A stretch of 50,838 bases of DNA from Promethearchaeota archaeon (GTDB lineage Archaea; Asgardarchaeota; Lokiarchaeia; Sigyniarchaeales; SOKP01). Within the stretch, counting starts at the first letter, position 1. Each line of letters opens with the position of its first letter. A model generated the notes under the pieces. The model had not been told where the DNA came from and did not search any database. It saw only the letters and a list, made by a program, of their open reading frames with translations. Location: assembly GCA_048939015.1 (NCBI GenBank), contig JBHLPW010000040.1, positions 1-50,838 of the forward strand. Reading direction: 5' to 3'. The translations under genes were made by a program, and so were the position numbers. Shown piece by piece: positions 47,111-50,838 of the stretch.

Positions 47111-48028
47111 ATGACAGAGAACGAAAATGAGTTTAAAGTAGAAGAATTAGAACAATTATTAAAAAAAAGACTGGAATATTTAAAAGAACTAGAAGAAATT
47201 GGTAAAGATTCAAACTATATTAAAGAACTAAGTGATGTTGCTTTAATCCAATTACAATTGGAGAAATTTAGGGATTCTGAGAAAAATTATATAATATGTT
47301 TAAACCATTTCATAAAACAAAAGGATCGTTTAGGTCAAGCAGCAGTTTATGGTGTATTGGGTACTCTTTACTTTAAAGAGGGTGATTATTATAAATCTAT
47401 TGAATCTTATGAAAAAGCATATGATATATATAATGAACTAAAACAAATTCAAGAACAGATCACTTGCTTAAAGGGAATTGGCAATAGTTATATAAAACTA
47501 AATCAATTTGATGAGGCATGTGATATCTTTTTGGATTGTAGTGCAATATGTTCAGATAATAATGACATTTACAATTTATTAGATTGCTTAAGTAATTTAA
47601 TTTACATTCATGAAAAAAATGAAAAATGGGATATTGTTTACGAATTATATAAGAAAACTTTAAACGCTTTTAAAGAGATTAAAGATCATAAGGGAATAAT
47701 CACTTCCTATTTCAATTTGGGAATCCTCCAAAAGAATCAGAATAATTTAGAGGAAGCTCTCATAAAATTTAAAAAAGGAACTAATATTGCCATTGATGCA
47801 AATTACCCAGAATCAATAATTAGAGGTCTTGGTTATGTTGGTGAAGTACTATTTTATATGGGGAAAATTAAGGAAGCAAAAAATCAATTTATAAAGGCTT
47901 TACATATAGCTAAAAATGTAGAAGCTAAAAATGCAATTAAACAACTCAAAATACTTCTGCAATCACTTGGATTACAGGAAAAAAATATTGAAGAAGAATT
48001 AAATACATTTGAAAATAACCAAAAATGA
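47111..48028 (+). CDS. Tetratricopeptide repeat protein
   Basis: Recurrent ~40-aa TPR-like units (LGTLYFKEGDYYKSIESYEKA; IGNSYIKLNQFDEA; NLGILQKNQNNLEEA; VGEVLFYMGKIKEA). Confidence 0.85.
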   Translation: MTENENEFKVEELEQLLKKRLEYLKELEEIGKDSNYIKELSDVALIQLQLEKFRDSEKNYIICLNHFIKQKDRLGQAAVYGVLGTLYFKEGDYYKSIESYEKAYDIYNELKQIQEQITCLKGIGNSYIKLNQFDEACDIFLDCSAICSDNNDIYNLLDCLSNLIYIHEKNEKWDIVYELYKKTLNAFKEIKDHKGIITSYFNLGILQKNQNNLEEALIKFKKGTNIAIDANYPESIIRGLGYVGEVLFYMGKIKEAKNQFIKALHIAKNVEAKNAIKQLKILLQSLGLQEKNIEEELNTFENNQK

Positions 48029-48071
48029 ATTTAATAAAAGAAGAAAAAAAATGCTATTTTACCTAACCCTT

Positions 48072-48221
48072 TTATTTTTTATGGTTTTTGTAGTCTTCTC
48101 TTCTTGCTTTTCTTAAAGAACTTTCTCCACATGACCCACAAAACTCATGAAGTGTATGAGCAAATTCACCACATTTATCACAAATAAAGGGGTATGTCCT
48201 TTTAAATAGTTTAGCGTCCAA
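48072..48221 (-). CDS. Small CxxCG zinc-finger microprotein (49 aa), not in the ORF track
   Basis: TTG start; MDAKLFKRTYPFICDKCGEFAHTLHEFCGSCGESSLRKARREDYKNHKK*. Two CxxCG knuckles; AAGTGA upstream. Confidence 0.8.
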   Translation of the reverse strand: MDAKLFKRTYPFICDKCGEFAHTLHEFCGSCGESSLRKARREDYKNHKK

Positions 48222-48503
48222 TATTATTCACTTATTATAATTTCCTAATTTTATTTATTAAGAAAAAAAAGATCCCTTTTATTTATTATTATAAATCTTT
48301 ATATGTGTCAACGTTTCTTGATATATGGGTGATATTAACACAAATAATAAATTTGCCGAACTTTTTTTTTAAGTTGAGTATAAAATGCGGAAAATAAAAA
48401 AAAGAGAGATATTAGATAATCAATTTCACCTTTCATTTTATTTTTTGGAATAAAGAGAAGCTAAGAATTGATTTTTACAGAAAATTTTCTCTTAAAAGCC
48501 ATT

Positions 48504-48809
48504 TTACACAATTATTTCTTGTGGTTTTTCCCTAAAACTTTCTGCTTCAATTATAGTCATTTCATAAATTCCTTCCGTTTCGAGCCATTCAGCTTTATCG
48601 GTTATTTCTCTAATGGATTCAGCATCTTTAGCATCCCACTCACAGAATATTTTTTCTAATTCTGGTACATTCCAAGATCTAATCCAATAAGCATCAGCTG
48701 AACAATGAGAACGGAATTCTATAAGAAGTTTATTTTCTTCTGGTGCTAGTTTCAAGTTTGCTTTCATTATCTTCTTTGGTGAAGGATGAATCGCTAAAAA
48801 TTTTGGCAT
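48504..48809 (-). CDS. DUF4242-like small protein (SCO4226-type)
   Basis: MPKFLAIH...WIRSW....KIFCEWDAKDAESIRE; strong GGAGGT site. Confidence 0.7.
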   Translation of the reverse strand: MPKFLAIHPSPKKIMKANLKLAPEENKLLIEFRSHCSADAYWIRSWNVPELEKIFCEWDAKDAESIREITDKAEWLETEGIYEMTIIEAESFREKPQEIIV

Positions 48810-48969
48810 ATAATTACCTCCATTTATTTTTTGAATTTCATTTTCCTTAAAATTGGATTGTGGAGATTATTTTTTTTCAAGATATAAATTTTACTAATTT
48901 GTAAAAAAAATATTTTATTGGTAAGGTATACATAAAAAATGTTAAAAAATAATTCACTTTTGTTATGAT

Positions 48970-49680
48970 ATGATTCAAGCGATTACATTTGATTTATGGA
49001 ATACATTATTTGTTAATAAATTTTATAGAGAATTGAGAATCAATTGGTTTATTCAATTTTTAAAAGATTATAGTATTCATTTTTCCAAATTAGAAATAGA
49101 AAAAGCATTTGAATCGGCTTTTAATCTGCCTATACGTAATTTTAAAGATACCAATCATATTTATACAGAAGATCGGATAATTAAATTGCTTAAAATTCTT
49201 CAAATCGACTTATCTGAAAAAGATATTATGAAAGTAAAGAATATCTTTGAGGACATTATGTTGAAGGATCCACCCCCTTTAAAGAAAGGTGTTAAGCAAA
49301 TATTAGACGAGTTATCTACAAATTATAAAATCGGACTTATTTCCAATACAGGAATAACCCCAGGAAGAATTATAATTAAGGTATTTCAAGAATATAATAT
49401 TCTTCAATATTTTCAAGTAATGGTTTTTTCTGATGAGATTGGATATTATAAACCACATCCAATTTTATTCAATACAGCTTTAAAAGAGCTCGCATGTAAC
49501 CCAAGAAACGCTATTCATATTGGAGACCGCTTGGAAACTGATATTAAAGGAGCCAAAGATTGTAATATGTATGCAATATGGTTTAATGAATCTAATAATA
49601 ATAAATCACAGTTAATTCAACCAGATTATGAAATACAAGAAATTTTTGAAGTGATTTCAATAGTAAAGAAAATTATTTGA
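48970..49680 (+). CDS. HAD-superfamily hydrolase
   Basis: ITFDLWNTL, LISNT, YKPHP, HIGDRLETDIKGA. Confidence 0.9.
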   Translation: MIQAITFDLWNTLFVNKFYRELRINWFIQFLKDYSIHFSKLEIEKAFESAFNLPIRNFKDTNHIYTEDRIIKLLKILQIDLSEKDIMKVKNIFEDIMLKDPPPLKKGVKQILDELSTNYKIGLISNTGITPGRIIIKVFQEYNILQYFQVMVFSDEIGYYKPHPILFNTALKELACNPRNAIHIGDRLETDIKGAKDCNMYAIWFNESNNNKSQLIQPDYEIQEIFEVISIVKKII

Positions 49681-49796
49681 AAGTATTTTTTTGTAATTCG
49701 TTAACTGAATATCGAAATAGAACTTGATGATCATTAAATAATTATATATAAGGTCATTTTCTTTTTAATTGTAAAACTCTGTAATTTCTTTAACCA

Positions 49797-50838
49797 ATGA
49801 AAACATGTCCTTATTGTAATTTCCCAGTTGAAGAAAATTGGTCCTATTGTAGGAATTGTAACAAACCTTTAATAACTAATCTAGAAGACGTAATAGATGG
49901 AAGTGTAAAATTTCCTTATGACGAACCAGAGATTTATCATTTAGAATCAGAAGAAGAAATCGATCAATTTGATGATTTTCTTATTAAAAACGATGAAATC
50001 GATCGAAAGATAAAAAAAATTGATGAAATCCTTGAGAGTAAAGAAACTATAGGAGATCAAATACCTGGAGCATTATTATTAGAAAAAGCAAGTTTATATT
50101 ATAAAAAAAGAGAACTTTCAAAAGCATTGAAGAATCTTGAATTAGCATTAAAAAATTTTAAAACTGAGAACGATTTACTTAATATTGCAATTTGTTTCAA
50201 TGAAATGGGAATAATTCAAGAGGATAATGGATTTTTTGATCAAGCAATCTATAACTTCAACAGAGCTCTTGAAAATCTTAAAGGACTAAATGATAATAGT
50301 AAAGTAATAAAAGTATTAAACAACCTAGGTAACATATATTTTATAATTAAAGATCTAGAGCAATCATATAATTATTATCAAGAAGCATTTCAAATTTCTC
50401 AAAAGGAAGGATTAATATTTGATGAAATAAAATCTTCAAGTAATTTAGTGGAAGTCCTCTATCTATTAAAAGACTATGAGCGAATTAAAAAAATTTTAAC
50501 AAGAAATTTAGATTTTTTCAAAGAGGATGAAGACATTTATGGTATAATCCAAACAAAAATAAAGTTTGGAAAACTGTATTTTATGATGGGAGAGGATTAC
50601 GAAGAATCTTATCAACACCTTACTGAAGCTTTAGAATTAATTAGTAGAATAGCAGAAAATATATCAGTCTATATTAAAGCAAAACTAGAATGGGAGTGTT
50701 ATTTTTATCTTGGAAAAATATACCATCTAAGGGATAATAGTACTAAAGCGGAGAATTTATTTATTCAAAGTCTAGAAGCTATTCGTATTTTTGAAATTGG
50801 AGACAATATTAAGGAAGGTGAAATTTTAGAGAAATTAG
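49797..50838 (+). CDS. Zinc-ribbon + TPR repeat protein, truncated by the window end
   Basis: ATG 49797, MKTCPYCNFPVEENWSYCRNCNKPL, then an acidic linker, then TPR units (NEMGIIQEDNGFFDQAIYNFNRALE; NNLGNIYFIIKDLEQSYNYYQEA). I found no stop before 50838. Confidence 0.85.
   Translation, partial: MKTCPYCNFPVEENWSYCRNCNKPLITNLEDVIDGSVKFPYDEPEIYHLESEEEIDQFDDFLIKNDEIDRKIKKIDEILESKETIGDQIPGALLLEKASLYYKKRELSKALKNLELALKNFKTENDLLNIAICFNEMGIIQEDNGFFDQAIYNFNRALENLKGLNDNSKVIKVLNNLGNIYFIIKDLEQSYNYYQEAFQISQKEGLIFDEIKSSSNLVEVLYLLKDYERIKKILTRNLDFFKEDEDIYGIIQTKIKFGKLYFMMGEDYEESYQHLTEALELISRIAENISVYIKAKLEWECYFYLGKIYHLRDNSTKAENLFIQSLEAIRIFEIGDNIKEGEILEKL

Noticed and set aside
48303-48326. Weak hairpin ATGTGTCAA-CGTTTC-TTGATATAT as a possible ncRNA
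   Set aside because: It depends on G-U pairs, is short and has no recognisable RNA family features.
3031-48659. The many 60-128 aa ORF-track entries overlapping larger genes (e.g. 3031-3213, 6042-6254, 6737-7033, 11959-12303, 16562-16894, 23038-23229, 32312-32698, 34977-35288, 45075-45335, 48468-48659)
   Set aside because: They are antisense or off-frame shadows of well-supported genes, with no motifs.
1-50838. Selenocysteine or pyrrolysine readthrough; tRNA/rRNA genes
   Set aside because: No gene looked truncated at an internal TGA/TAG, and no GC-rich structured intergenic segment was seen by eye.

Overview
This is a very AT-rich, gene-dense prokaryotic window. It is most likely archaeal and probably Asgard (Lokiarchaeia-like). 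This is inferred from the GGTGA/GGAGG ribosome-binding sites, frequent TTG/GTG starts, T-tract terminators, a standalone MtrH, a tungsten AOR, an expanded thiolase/DUF35 set and TPR proteins. Positions ~1.9-44 kb are dominated by lipid-catabolism genes: four thiolase-fold proteins that all lack the catalytic Cys, in operons with four DUF35 Zn-ribbon/OB-fold partners (one operon resembles actinobacterial Rv3521-ltp4-ltp3); two SCP2 lipid carriers; two acyl-CoA dehydrogenases; two acyl-CoA ligases; two crotonases; a FadH-like reductase; Fe-ADH; AOR; an LLM oxidoreductase; a BKACE; GlpD; and a heterodimeric ABC exporter. The most striking structure is a mirror-image cassette at 18.4-29.6 kb. Two paralogous, translationally coupled pairs of a CrtI/RetSat-family FAD enzyme plus an FNR-[2Fe-2S] reductase, each preceded by a crotonase, converge on SCP2-ADH-AOR, with no oxygenase or phytoene synthase in the window. 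I propose this as an undescribed two-component, electron-fed C=C reductase/desaturase, possibly feeding branched (isoprenoid or sterol side-chain) lipids into a retro-aldol catabolic route. Not in the ORF track: a 49-aa zinc-finger microprotein (48072-48221, -), an N-terminal extension of the DUF4037 gene that needs a non-canonical ATA start, and a Zn-ribbon/TPR gene running off the right edge. I saw no rRNA, tRNA, CRISPR array or transposase. All functional calls come from motif recognition only; no searches were run.
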